A stretch of DNA of 64,000 bases, from positions 29,654,871-29,718,870 of the forward strand of contig NC_092676.1 in the NCBI RefSeq assembly GCF_964355755.1, written 5' to 3'. Below the pieces are notes generated by a model. It worked only from the letters and a program-made list of their open reading frames with translations, had not been told where the DNA came from and did no database searches. This stretch comes from Antedon mediterranea (lineage: Eukaryota > Animalia > Echinodermata). A program made the position numbers and the translations under genes. Below, one piece after another: positions 23,101 to 36,169 of this stretch. How positions within the stretch are numbered: the first letter of the stretch is position 1; every line of letters starts with the position of its first letter.

Positions 23101-26100
23101 AGTTTATCCTATTCTTTATCACTGTGCTCAAGTATACCAAAATGACTAAAGTTGAGAACAGTGTTAAACGGGATCGTACATTAATGTTATTTGTTGTATA
23201 TTGTTAAGTTTATCCTATTCTTTATCACTGTGCTCAAGTATACCAAAATGACTATAGTTGAGAACAGTGTTAAACGGGATCATACATTATTGTTATTTGT
23301 TGTATATTGTTAAGTTTATCCTATTCTTTATCACTGTGCTCAAGTATACCAAAATGACTATAGTTGAGAACAGTGTTAAACTGGATCGTACATTTTTGTT
23401 GTATATTGTTAAGTTTATCCTATTCTTTATCACTGTGCTCAAGTATACCAAAATGACTATAGTCGAGAACAGTGTTAAACGGGATCATACATTAATGTTA
23501 TTTATTGTATATTGTTAAGTTTATCCTATTCTTTATCACTGTGCTCAAGTATACCAAAATGACTATAGTAGAGAACAGTGTTAAACGGGATCGTACATTA
23601 ATTTTATTTGTTGTATATTGTTAAGTTTATCCTATTCTTTATCACTGTGCTCAAGTATACCAAAATGACTATAGTCGAGAACAGTGTTAAACGGGATCGT
23701 ACATTAATGTTATTTGTTGTATATTGTTAAGTTTATCCTATTCTTTATCAATGTGCTCAAGTATACCAAAATGACTATAGTCGAGAACAGTGTTAAACGG
23801 GATCATACATTAATGTTATTTGTTGTATATTGTTAAGTTTATCCTATTCTTTATCACTGTGCTCAAGTATACCAAAATGACTATAGTTGAGAACAGTGTT
23901 AAACGGGATCATACATTAATGTTATTTGTTGTATATTGTTAAGTTTATCCTATTCTTTATCACTGTGCTCAAGTATACCAAAATGACTAAAGTTGAGAAC
24001 AGTGTTAAACGGGATCATACATTAATGTTATTTGTTGTATATTGTTAAGTTTATCCTATTCTTTATCACTGTGCTCAAGTATACCAAAATGATAGTCGAG
24101 AACAGTGTTAAACGGGATCATACATTAATGTTATTTGTTGTATATTGTTAAGTTTATCCTATTCTTTATCACTGTGCTCAAGTATACCAAAATGACTATA
24201 GTTGAGAACAGTGTTAAACAGGATCGTACATTGATGTTATTTGTTGTATATTCGTAAGTTTATCCTATTCTTTATCACTGTGCTCAAGTATACCAAAATG
24301 ACTATTGTTGAGAACAGTGTTAAACGGGATCATACATTAATGTTATTTGTTGTATATTGTTAAGTTTATCCTATTCTTTATCACTGTGCTCTAGTACTGT
24401 ATACCAAAATGACTATAGTTGAGAACAGTGTTAAACAGGATCGTGTACATTAATGTTATTTGTTGTATATTGTGCTCAAGTATACCAAAATGACTATAGT
24501 TGAGAACAGTGTTAAACTGGATCGTACATTTTTGTTGTATATTGTTAAGTTTATCCTATTCTTTATCACTGTGCTCAAGTATACCAAAATGACTATAGTT
24601 GAGAACAGTGTTAAACGGGATCGTACATTAATGTTATTTGTTGTATATTGTTAAGTTTATCCTATTCTTTATCACTGTGCTCAAGTATACCAAAATGACT
24701 ATAGTTGAGAACAGTGTTAAACTGGATCGTACATTTTTGTTGTATATTGTTAAGTTTATCCTATTCTTTATCACTGTGCTCAAGTATACCAAAATGACTA
24801 TAGTCGAGAACAGTGTTAAACGGGATCATACATTAATGTTATTTGTTGTATATTGTTAAGTTTATCCTATTCTTTATCACTGTGCTCAAGTATACCAAAA
24901 TGACTATAGTCGAGAACAGTGTTAAACGGGATCATACATTAATGCTATTTGTTGTATATTGTTAAGTTTATCCTATTCTTTATCACTGTGCTCAAGTATA
25001 CCAAAATGACTAAAGTTGAGAACAGTGTTAAACGGGATCGTACATTAATGTTATTTGTTGTATATTGTTAAGTTTATCCTATTATCACTGTGCTCAAGTA
25101 TACCAAAATGCCTATAGTTGAGAACAGTTTTAAACGGGATCATACATTAATGTTATTTGTTGTATATTGTTAAGTTTATCCTATTCTTTATCACTGTGCT
25201 CAAGTATACCAAAATGACTAAAGTTGAGAACAGTGTTAAACGGGATCGTACATTAATGTTATTTGTTGTATATTGTTAAGTTTATCCTATTCTTTATCAC
25301 TGTGCTCAAGTATACCAAAATGACTATAGTTGAGAACAGTGTTAAACGGGATCATACATTATTGTTATTTGTTGTATATTGTTAAGTTTATCCTATTCTT
25401 TATCACTGTGCTCAAGTATACCAAAATGACTATAGTTGAGAACAGTGTTAAACTGGATCGTACATTTTTGTTGTATATTGTTAAGTTTATCCTATTCTTT
25501 ATCACTGTGCTCAAGTATACCAAAATGACTATAGTCGAGAACAGTGTTAAACGGGATCATACATTAATGTTATTTATTGTATATTGTTAAGTTTATCCTA
25601 TTCTTTATCACTGTGCTCAAGTATACCAAAATGACTATAGTAGAGAACAGTGTTAAACGGGATCGTACATTAATTTTATTTGTTGTATATTGTTAAGTTT
25701 ATCCTATTCTTTATCACTGTGCTCAAGTATACCAAAATGACTATAGTCGAGAACAGTGTTAAACGGGATCGTACATTAATGTTATTTGTTGTATATTGTT
25801 AAGTTTATCCTATTCTTTATCAATGTGCTCAAGTATACCAAAATGACTATAGTCGAGAACAGTGTTAAACGGGATCATACATTAATGTTATTTGTTGTAT
25901 ATTGTTAAGTTTATCCTATTCTTTATCACTGTGCTCAAGTATACCAAAATGACTATAGTTGAGAATAGTGTTAAACGGGATCATACATTAATGTTATTTG
26001 TTGTATATTGTTAAGTTTATCCTATTCTTTATCACTGTGCTCAAGTATACCAAAATGACTAAAGTTGAGAACAGTGTTAAACGGGATCATACATTAATGT

Positions 26101-26655
26101 TATTTGTTGTATATTGTTAAGTTTATCCTATTCTTTATCACTGTGCTCAAGTATACCAAAATGATAGTCGAGAACAGTGTTAAACGGGATCATACATTAA
26201 TGTTATTTGTTGTATATTGTTAAGTTTATCCTATTCTTTATCACTGTGCTCAAGTATACCAAAATGACTATAGTTGAGAACAGTGTTAAACAGGATCGTA
26301 CATTGATGTTATTTGTTGTATATTCGTAAGTTTATCCTATTCTTTATCACTGTGCTCAAGTATACCAAAATGACTATTGTTGAGAACAGTGTTAAACGGG
26401 ATCATACATTAATGTTATTTTTTGTATATTGTTAAGTTTATCCTATTCTTTATCACTGTGCTCTAGTACTGTATACCAAAATGACTATAGTTGAGAACAG
26501 TGTTAAACGGGATCGTACATTGTTGTTGTATATTGTTAAGTTTATCCTATTCTTTATCACTGTGCTCAAGAACACCAAAATGGCTATAGTTGAGAACAGT
26601 GTTAAACGGGATCGTACATTAATGTTATTTGTTGTATATTGTTAAGTGTATTCTT
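20100..26655 (-). repeat. 106-bp satellite array, right arm (~62 monomers), reverse complement of the left arm, with ~2.07-kb higher-order repeat
   Basis: Monomer is the reverse complement of the left arm; diagnostic variants recur at 22321/24391/26463 and 22181/24251/26323. Confidence 0.97.
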
Positions 26656-27051
26656 TATTCTTATTAATTGTACTAAATTATTAAAAGAAACAGTAGTAAG
26701 CATAACATTTTCCCACTCCTACATTAGCATGGTAGGACATTGTAATGGTCGCAGGTGGCTCAACTTTATTACTGCAATGGGATGGACATGGTCCTACTAC
26801 CACCTTACCATCCAATAGGATTCCAGTAAATTTCCTTTACTACCAATCATAATTCAGTAATTAAATGACCCCTTAAGTTAACAAGGAAATCAGCCTATCC
26901 CATTATACCGGTAGGCTTCGTCGTACAGGCGTACTGCGGTAATAGTTGAGAATTCTCAACTAGCCAATTTGGTATATTTTATATACCTGCAATTATGTAC
27001 CAAAATATACCTGCTTTTTTTTAGTGCGCGAAATGTGGTTTGAAAATAATT

Positions 27052-30000
27052 ATGAATGTTTACGGTGAAATTCGAGGGCATATTCAGTCACTTCAGTTAG
27101 TTGTTTGGTAGGTATTGACAATAAAAAATAGTAGTTTGCGTTAAAACCCATGTCTACAAAGTATTTTAAGTGTTGGGCCCTACTAGACTAAATCATGGCT
27201 ATGCCTGTAGCTACCGATTTGCTTCATTCATATGTCGTTTTAAACCTTGGTCGTTTCGCACCTGATATTTCTACTTAGTATATATATATATATATATATA
27301 AATCCAAAGGCAAATAATGCTGTGGGTATATACTTAAGTATATATTATATTATAAGCAAAAAAGTATAGATTATACCTATATATTCTTTTTTGTAGCTTG
27401 AAGACAAAACAAGAGTCTGAGTTTGATTTGAAAATATCGGATGAGGAAATTAAAGTTGAAAATGGTAACAACAACTGGACATTCAATCTACCTAATAATA
27501 TTCAACTTATTCCAGACTCCTGTCATAATCTATCATGGGTTAAAGACGAGGGAGCACATATGATTTTCAGGGTAAGCAGGGAAACATTTCATTTTAAAAT
27601 TCTGTTACGGTAATTTTTATTTTTTACTATCTAGTAGAAACAAGAGTTTTGTGTTTGTATTGGATTTTTTGCTAATATTTGAGATTTTTCAAAATTATAA
27701 CTGCATATCATCATTTCAGATAAAAGATCATGCCAAGGCACAAGATGAAGAACACAGTGCTCAACGGTCATTTGAAGACGCTTTAACAGACTTAGAATGC
27801 AACTTAGTTTGTGCAACGTGTCAATCACCAATACTAAAATCTCAATGGTAATTAATACTGTATATCTAATCCCACCCCTACAAACATATCCCTTAGTATA
27901 GTCCCAGTATTGACTTTTGATCTGGATGTAGGCCTCTCTCTAGCCAGTTCAGATGAGTTTTTACAAGAAATGCTTACCAATAATGTTTATTTGCCTGAAC
28001 CAGGCTTTCCCTGGGTATAGTCCAACCCCCCAACTTTTGTGTTCTAGGGGGTGGGATTATACCAGAGGATATCCAGTATTTTTCATGTGCACCAAGATGT
28101 AACATATAAAACTATGTGTACTAACCTTTTTTAAAACTTGTGTTTTCTAGTAAATTTGACAGGGTATGTCAACTGCCATCAGACAACTGGCAAGAGATGG
28201 TGGAAGACTGGCAGTGTCATGCTAGCGAGGATGTCGCACAAATTGCTCGTAAATCTCTGGTACCATCCACTAAGGACTGCTTCATGAACAGCACCAGTAT
28301 AATAGTATCGCCTCAGGTCATCAACGAGGGAGTTATCAGGTCATCTGGTAGTCCTGTTTCTGTTAGAAACAATTCAAATAAGGTAAGGAGTTGGATAGCA
28401 GAGTGGTTAGGACCCTTGACCCTTGACTATCAGAAGACACATCCCAATAAGAACAACCCCCAGTCCACTTGGATAGCAGAGTTGTTAGGACCCTTGACTA
28501 TCAGATGACATTCCAATAAGAACAACCCCCAGTCCACTCAGCTGTAAAAACTAGGGAGGCTAAGGTGATGAAGGTAAGGAGTTGAATAGCAGAGTGGTTA
28601 GGACCCTTGACTATCAGAAGACACATCCCAATAAGAACAACCCCCAGTCCACTCAGCTGTAAAAACTAGGGAGGCTAAGGTGATGTGGAAAGGAACTGAG
28701 GCCTTGTTTACACTATCAAACTTTATGTAACAAAAAAATGTGATGTGCCCATATAATATGATGATGGCATATCACTACCATATTTAGGCACACACACTTT
28801 TTTTGACAAACTAGTTTGATAGTGTAGACAGAGCTTTTGTACATGCACACAATGAATTAACATGATGCAGTTTAGCAAATCATTATTTCTCATATTTTCT
28901 TAGAATGCATCAATGTTTAAATGGTTGACATGCTGGAGATGTGTTTCTCTTATTGGTAAAGTATCTTGTCAAGGTAAACTAGTTCATATCTAGACTAATT
29001 ACATACATTAGAAACAATTATACAGTATGATTTAACTGAATATAATTTGTTAATAGCACATTTAATTTTAATTCTGTTCCAGAAAATGACACAAACGATT
29101 GGAAAACAATGTCAAGTGTAGAAATATTTCAATACTCAGTGGAAATCAGGAAAAATGGCGTAGATAATTTATTACGAGAACATAAACAAATTCCAAGGCA
29201 AGTTAAAAACCATATTTCCTAGCATTTTTAATATTAATGTATTACTATTAACAATATCACAGTTACTATTCACATTGTTTTGCAGGTTGGAAGTCTTTCT
29301 ATCGAATTACCTATTAAGTGTATCAAAAACATACATGGCTTTTCGATTTATTGTCCAGAGTGAAGAAGATAGCAAAATACATGCATTGGTAAGTTACAAG
29401 TGCCAGTCTCCTAACTGAACTTAGTAGATACTTATTTGATGACCTAGATCGATACTTGATGACCGTGGGAGAAAAATTGAATGCCTTTTATTGTATTTTG
29501 GTGGGCAACGTTAAAACTGATTTTTTTTTCTTTTGTAGATATGGTTAATAAATTCTGAAATGAAGTTACTCAGGTCACAGCAGAAGGCAAATGAGACATT
29601 AGCAAAGTTTAGTGGTAAAAACATGAATAATGTTGAAGAAACATCAAATGTGCAATGTTGTCAAATTGTAAAGATTTTGTACGAACAGTGTCTGGGAGAG
29701 GAAATTGTGAAGTAAGCAATTTCTTAAGCTCTGTCTATACCAAACTTTATGTGAAAAAAAAATGTGATATGCCTATATATGGACATGATGATGTCATATC
29801 ACTACCATATTTGGGTACATCACACTGTTTTTTGTCAAACTAGTTTGATAGTGTAAATAGAAAGTTCTGTATGCTTACAGTGGCAGCAATCTGTTTTCCT
29901 ATTATTAATCCAAATTTGTTTCTTCAATGGCTTGTTAGGTTTGTTGTTAGAATTCTGGGTTCAACTCAAATTCAGGTCACACCAACCAGATCTTTTTTAG

Positions 30001-30482
30001 TGAGTGCTGAGAAAAAAATAGCAAATTTCTTAGTGCATTGTTATAACACTGACAGTCCAAATATTGTTAATATGTTTAGTCTTGCAGATGAATGGAACAA
30101 AGACATGGCAGTACATAGCATAATTCTACCAAAGAAAATATGTTTTGAGCTTCTACTTTTATTAGCCACCAACACATCTACTATGCCAACGTCATTGCAA
30201 AAACAAAACAACTTTAAAGTAAGAATTATTATCCTTCCAATAACCAGTTTGTTTTCGATTCTCGCCATAACAATTGAGCTCCACTAGGCCTAGTCTAGAA
30301 TTATACAACAAAGATATTTTCAAGGAATTTTAATATACAAACATAGACATCAAATGTGGGGAGGATGTGCCGAAGCTAACACTGATTTTGTGAAGAAAAC
30401 ATATTAGTTACTTACACACAGTGAAAAGTATTTTAAAAATCATTTATTATTTTTCTAGGTCGGATTCTTACGACTTGAATAA
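27052..30482 (+). CDS. UBE3D: E3 ubiquitin-protein ligase E3D (UBE2CBP, HECT-like)
   Basis: Phase-consistent exons 27052-27107, 27397-27571, 27720-27847, 28151-28382, 28904-28973, 29083-29197, 29286-29388, 29539-29711, 30080-30218, 30459-30482. Motifs VYGEIRGHIQS, CATCQS, RVCQLPSDNWQEMVEDWQCH, CWRCVSLIG, FRFIVQ, IWLINSE, VKILYEQC, CFELLLLL and FKVGFLRLE*. Confidence 0.92.
28381..28690 (+). repeat. Locally duplicated SINE-like fragments in UBE3D intron 4
   Basis: atagcagagtggttaggacccttgac (A-box-like) x3 and aagaacaacccccagtccact x3. Confidence 0.55.
28700..28835. mobile_element. MITE family A
   Basis: TIRs and internal consensus as in the other copies. Confidence 0.85.
29727..29860. mobile_element. 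MITE family A, starting 16 bp after a UBE3D donor
   Basis: agctctgtctataccaaactttatgtg...aaactagtttgatagtgta. Confidence 0.85.
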
Positions 30483-31529
30483 AGACATCTAGACGTACTA
30501 GTTTGCATAGATTTCAAGAAAAGCAGATGTCAAGACTAGAGGGAGCTCACCAATAAACTTAGGGCCACTTATAGTGTTGTACTTGAATCATATCAATGCT
30601 ATCTACAGGGACCCATAAGGAACAGTACACACACCATATGACTTTATACGGGGACCCATAAGGAACATTACACTTGCCATAAAAATGTTGATCTTTTGAA
30701 TATAGGTCAAATAACTAACTGTAGAACAAATACACGCACAATATAAAAATGACACATTGACTTACTTTCTGTTTTATAATTTGGTATTCATTTAATATGA
30801 AATATACAACCACTGCAGAACAATATTACTTTATATACTGATTAATATCTGTATTTTGAATTTAATTTGTTTTGCATCACAACAGGATATATTTTTATAG
30901 CATTTATATTATTTACAGTTTAACATAAATAAAATATCATCGTTATTAATGTTATGGTGCTAATAAAGGTATTTATAACTAGATAAATTAAATAAATGAG
31001 TTAAAATGTCAATATTTGGTATTTTTAACTACTGTACTGTATATTTTAAATATTTTTTTTATATTACTATATTAACCTAGCAAGTAATAATGAGATTGTT
31101 GTGTAAATATGATATCCGAAACCGCGATGCATTAATATTTTGAGAACATTTCAAAATTTAGGGCCTAAATGTAATTCCTTACACTGTACTGCACTAGATC
31201 GTTAACAGAAAGCATAATGCAATTTGATACACTTGATAACTAACTAAATTATTAAAAAAAAACAACATATCCATAAAGTGGCGTCGGCTCGTTAATTCTT
31301 TCTAAAAAATAAATATACATTAGGCCTATATCTTGTGATGGCATTGATGGACGTTGAGTGCATTATAGTCTATAGGACGTCGCAACAAAAATACCTACGC
31401 TCGACGAATGTAATTTGACACTCCAGCGATTGAATCGTCGCTTGTGATTGATTGCGTAGAGCGCACGTAGTAGGCTACGTTGTTGCGTCGAGAAAAAGGA
31501 AACTGTATTAAGTATCTGTCTAGTCTTTA

Positions 31530-31851
31530 AGCTCGTTTCACACTAAAACGCAATGCAAGGACATAAGTGTAACGCAGGCGATTTGACGAACGAAAGATCG
31601 GATAATCGCTTGTAATATAATTACGTTGCGCTTACGTCGTCATTTCGTTGCGCCCTTTAAGCATGGTTACCACTAGTGGGAACCACTAGCGACGCAACAC
31701 AAGGACGTAACGCAACACAAGTGAATTGACCAATCACAAGCGATGGCTTATTCGCTTTTGATTGATAACTGTCTATAACTTCGCTTGTCATTGGTTAAAA
31801 CGATTGCGTTGCGTTTACGTCTTTGCGTTACGTTCTAGTGGGAACCAAGCT
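31530..31851. mobile_element. MITE family B, two adjacent copies (full-length one at 31660-31851)
   Basis: TIR AGC(A/T)TGGTT(A/C)CCACTAG / CTAGTGGGAACCAAGCT; long internal inverted repeat acgcaa..gaccaatcacaagcga / tcgcttgtcattgg..ttgcgt. Confidence 0.75.
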
Positions 31852-32435
31852 TCAGTGTGACGTGGAAAATAACATTCTAAAATAGTGTAGTTATTATATT
31901 GTCGGCTGCTGCGATATTTCACGAGTAACAACTCGACCGCCCACAAACTTACACAATATTAGGTGTATTGACATCACAACCTTGTTGTTCACACGCCGGA
32001 CATTGATTGAATATGATAGTTGATCAACTTCAATATTCTATGCTGATCATAAACAAAATGAAAACATTGAAATCGCAAACCATCAATCAGTTTCCTTCCA
32101 ACTGCCAAATCTGGTGTGTAAAAAGGTTTCTAAAATCTCTCAATACGACGTAATCGCACCGCAAATAATAACGCGATGGACCTAAACGTTGCTTGTGATT
32201 GGTCAACTCACTTACATTGTGTCTACGTCATTGCGTCCAAAGTGGCACAATTCAACAATGACATGATTGTAATTATATTATTATATAAAAATTAAATGTG
32301 TTCACATTATAAATGGAAATTAAATGATGTTTAACATATTTAGTTTTTACACGTTTTGTGTGAAAATCAAGTTAGTTTATTTTATATTGGCACGATATGA
32401 TTTTAAAAATCATGTAGGTCTATATTTTATTATAT

Positions 32436-34200
32436 CAAGTCAAGTCAAGTTTATTGTTTCACACAACACAATACAATATGAACAGAAACATAAATTAATA
32501 AATTCAATTGTGTGAGGAGGACGAATTAAGGCTTTAAGTTTGGTCCTCCAGATAAGTAATATATCTAATTATTTAATTTAAGTGAGAGAACAAAAACAAA
32601 CTTCTTTCTTTCATCAAATTGACAAATAAAATTAAACAAAAAGGCACCAAAAAAAAAAAAAAAAAACAGTCTTAAGGTAAATAGTTTGAAATAAGTGTTT
32701 GTTTGTATTTTGTTTTAAATGTATTTATGATGGCTATTGCTTTTAGATTGAGCGGTAAGTTGTTCCATATATACGGTCCATTGTAAATAAAAGATGTTCT
32801 TCTAAGTAATATGGTATGCTTTTCGTATATTAGATTTTTTACAGTTGAAGATCTGGTGTTGAAAGAATGATTAAAATTTTGAAAATAGGAGTAAAATTGA
32901 GTTGGTAATTTATTATGATTTAGGCGGAACATGAATAAAGCTGTTTGGAGTTTATTTATATCAAATATATTTAAAGTATTGAGAGAATAAAAAAGTGGTT
33001 TAGTATGAGATTTTGGAGGTGCTCCCGAACAGATTCTGATAGCCTTTTTTGTAATTTAAAGAGAGAATTATTTTCGTGTTATCAGAACCTGTCCAGGGGC
33101 AGCATCCAGTAAATTTATCTACAGTTGTAGCCCAAGCAACATTGCAGTATGATAAATAGGGTAAAATAAGAGTATTATACAGGGAAAATAAGATGTTTAA
33201 AGGAAGTATGTACTTCAATTTACTTAATATTCCAACGTTTCTCGAGATTATTTTAGTTAAATATGTTATGTGAGGTTTCCAATTTAGTTCCGAGTCAATG
33301 GTGACTCCAAGAAATTTTAAGTTTTCTGTTCTCTTTATTTGGTTACCATTGATATATAATTGCTCTGTTAGCTGTTTGTTATTTTTTTTTATTAATATTA
33401 AAATAAATATAATTTGTTTTTGAAATATTCAGTGATAACTTATTTGCTTTAAACCAAAGAGACACTTTGTTAAGTTCATTATTAATTATAGATACAAGAT
33501 TATTTTTGTTTTCGTGAGAAATAATAACATTTGTGTCATCTGCAAATAAGATAAAATTAAATAATTTTGAAACATTTGGAAGATCATTAACCTAAATTGA
33601 AAAGAGTAGTGGGCCAAGGATTGACCTCTGTGGTACCCCACAGGTAACATGCAAGAGTTGAGAATTGGTTGAGTTTATTGATGTATATTGTTGGCGAAAT
33701 GATAAGTAGTCTTTTAAAAGTAGTAGTGGAAGACCTCTGACACCATAATTCGATAATTTAGAAATAATAATGTTATGATTTATGGTGTCAAATGCTTTTG
33801 ACAAATCTAAAAAAATACCGATAGTATGGTGCTTGTTTGCAAGTGATTTAGTTATTTTTTCATATAATAAGTGGGAAAGTGCGAGATCTGTGGAATGTGA
33901 TTTTCGAAAGCCATATTGATTGTTTTATATAATATTATGTTTTGTGAAAAAAGAAATTAGACGAGCATATATTAGCTTTTCAAATATTATTAAAGCAATC
34001 GGTCTATAATTTGAAAATTTATGGGGGTCATCTTTTTTAAAAATAGGCACAACTTTGGCAACTTTTAGCGCATTAGGAAATTTCCCACATTTAAATGAAA
34101 GGTTAAAGATGTGACATAAAGTTCTAGAAATAAACGGAGAAATTTGTTTAATAACGTTAGAATGTATTTCATCTACACCAGGACTTATTATTTTTGAGCT
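32436..34200 (-). mobile_element. Decayed 5'-truncated LINE (L2/Crack-like) reverse transcriptase
   Basis: Disrupted ORF pieces with DLSKAFDTINH, GVPQRSILGPLLF, LFADDTN, LYNTLILPYLSYC and GPYIWNNLP; 3' end aataaa(cttga)3. Confidence 0.9.
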
Positions 34201-34729
34201 CTTCGGATTATATAATCCTTAATTATTCTTTTCTTTATCTAGTATAAAGTTTTAGCATTGTTGGTGAATAAGAGTCACATTCCATTAAAAATTAATTTAG
34301 TTTAAAGGAGAAATTTGAGTAGATAGGAGCACAGTAGGTTAATTCGCATTGGAGGTCTCTCTCGCATTCACCCTGTAATTTAAAACTGAATTAATAAAAT
34401 AATCAAATGCCATTACATATTCAATAATTCATTGTAATTGAAGTATACGTTTACTCTGACGTTAATGACGTTTTTAATTATTGATATTTTCATAAATAAA
34501 TTGATCGAAAAGCCAAAGGTCAGTGTGTTCATGCCTTTATAATAAAATCATAGCCAAATACGTGCGTCCCGATGTATGCATTACGTCACTGACAGGCCCT
34601 ACACGCCAATACAATATTTGATTATCTAAAACGTGCCACAATTGACCTTATAAGGAAACTATGAATTAAGTTTAATTTCAACAATACAAACGTTTAGAAT
34701 CAATTGCTTCCCGTATGACGGCGTAATTA

Positions 34730-34980
34730 AGCGCAACGCAAATAATTGACTACCGAGCAATGACGCGTGGATCATCCGAACTCTCGCTTGGATTGGTCAA
34801 CTCACTTCTTGTGTTGCACGTACGCCTACGCGCGCCATTGCGTCTGGTCCATACCAAGAAGTTGGACGTGACGGGAACAAGCTGTACGTTGATTTCTGAC
34901 GATCCCACAACGACGTGACATGAACGCATGCAAAGATTTGTTTGTGATTTGCGTTGCGCGTACGACGCCATTGCGTGTAC
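34730..34980. mobile_element. MITE family B-related decayed copies
   Basis: gcgcaacgca..gattggtcaactcactt..gttgc..cattgcgt motifs shared with 31660-31851. Confidence 0.45.
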
Positions 34981-36169
34981 GGTTATTTGCTCATTTGAAT
35001 TGTCGACGTGACATGATGGAAAGTTTTTTTTTTTTAGTTATAGTAGGTCTACGATATCCTTAACGGGTGAAAGGACCTCTTTAAACACCCCTGAACAGAT
35101 GTTCTTCTCAACCTCGAGGTTTTTAATCAACTGAGTTGTTTTATCAAGATAATCAATATAATGGTTTATCATGGGTGTTGGGCTTCACGTCCCTGCTCTC
35201 ACATAGCGTTTACTAAATTCTAATTATTCTTTATAATTGCTAACATTCCGCTAAAAGACATTGGTGACAACTCATCACGCAGAGATAATTTAATTTGTCG
35301 GAGTTCTCGCGTGTCGCGGACGTGTCACTAAACCATTAGAGGTGTTATTTTCTTTTCTCTCTTATGAAACGCCACATAGGCAAATTTTTGCAAGAGCTGT
35401 TTTATCGAAAAGTTAAATATACTTACCGAACAGTTAAGACATTTATTAAAAATCATTACTTACACGAATTAATGCTTGGAACAATGCTTAATAAAATTTA
35501 AAAAAGCGTATGCAAAGCGAGTTACTTCGAAGCATAGCAAAAGACAGAAGATATTGAAGTTATTTAAAAGTGTAATTGCGCCCTCTCTTGTGTGTTTATT
35601 AAGCCATAACTCATCATCTTTTAATTTGTTTCCTAAACCAAGTTAACCCGATTGAAGAAGTTGAGATTTTAGATCAAGTAAATATAGATTAAAACAACTA
35701 TCTTTCCCATCAATTACGTCATACCACCAATGGCCGACCTTATGTCGAAGTTGGCCTACATTAATGCTGTAATTATTCAGTAGGGATATGTGACGTGTAT
35801 GAACCATGAAAAATGACATGATTGCCATTTCGTGGAAGTTATACAAGTAAATACTCTTCAACTACCGTATAATTTACACGGGATACTCGTGTATACTAGT
35901 TATTATAAATAGGACCCAGAACAAAGACCCAAAAACAAATACAAAACAAACAGTATAAAACTAAACTAAAAGTGATAATTAGAATTGGTATGTAACTGCA
36001 CTTATCATAGCATGCGATGATGTCATTTCTGTTTCTGAATTGTAAACAAAATTGTGTATATGCCTCAAACACAACATTAAGATACAAGATATACGGTGTT
36101 TATTGTCACTTTTTAGCAATACAGAAGCACAATTCTTTTATTTAGGTTCCTAAGCGGTCTCTGATATCA

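Larger units (their letters stand above)
15640..26976. mobile_element. Putative foldback-like non-autonomous element carrying inverted satellite arrays
   Basis: 26-bp perfect inverted repeat 15650-15675 / 26941-26966 (33/36 when extended), with a 20-bp palindromic core; encloses oppositely oriented 106-bp arrays. Confidence 0.55.

Noticed and set aside
16001-26655. Repeated ORFs (MLYIVKFILFF...) and CRISPR-like periodicity in the 106-bp arrays
   Set aside because: Monomers are contiguous near-identical units with no unique spacers and no cas genes; the ORFs arise only where short monomers shift the frame
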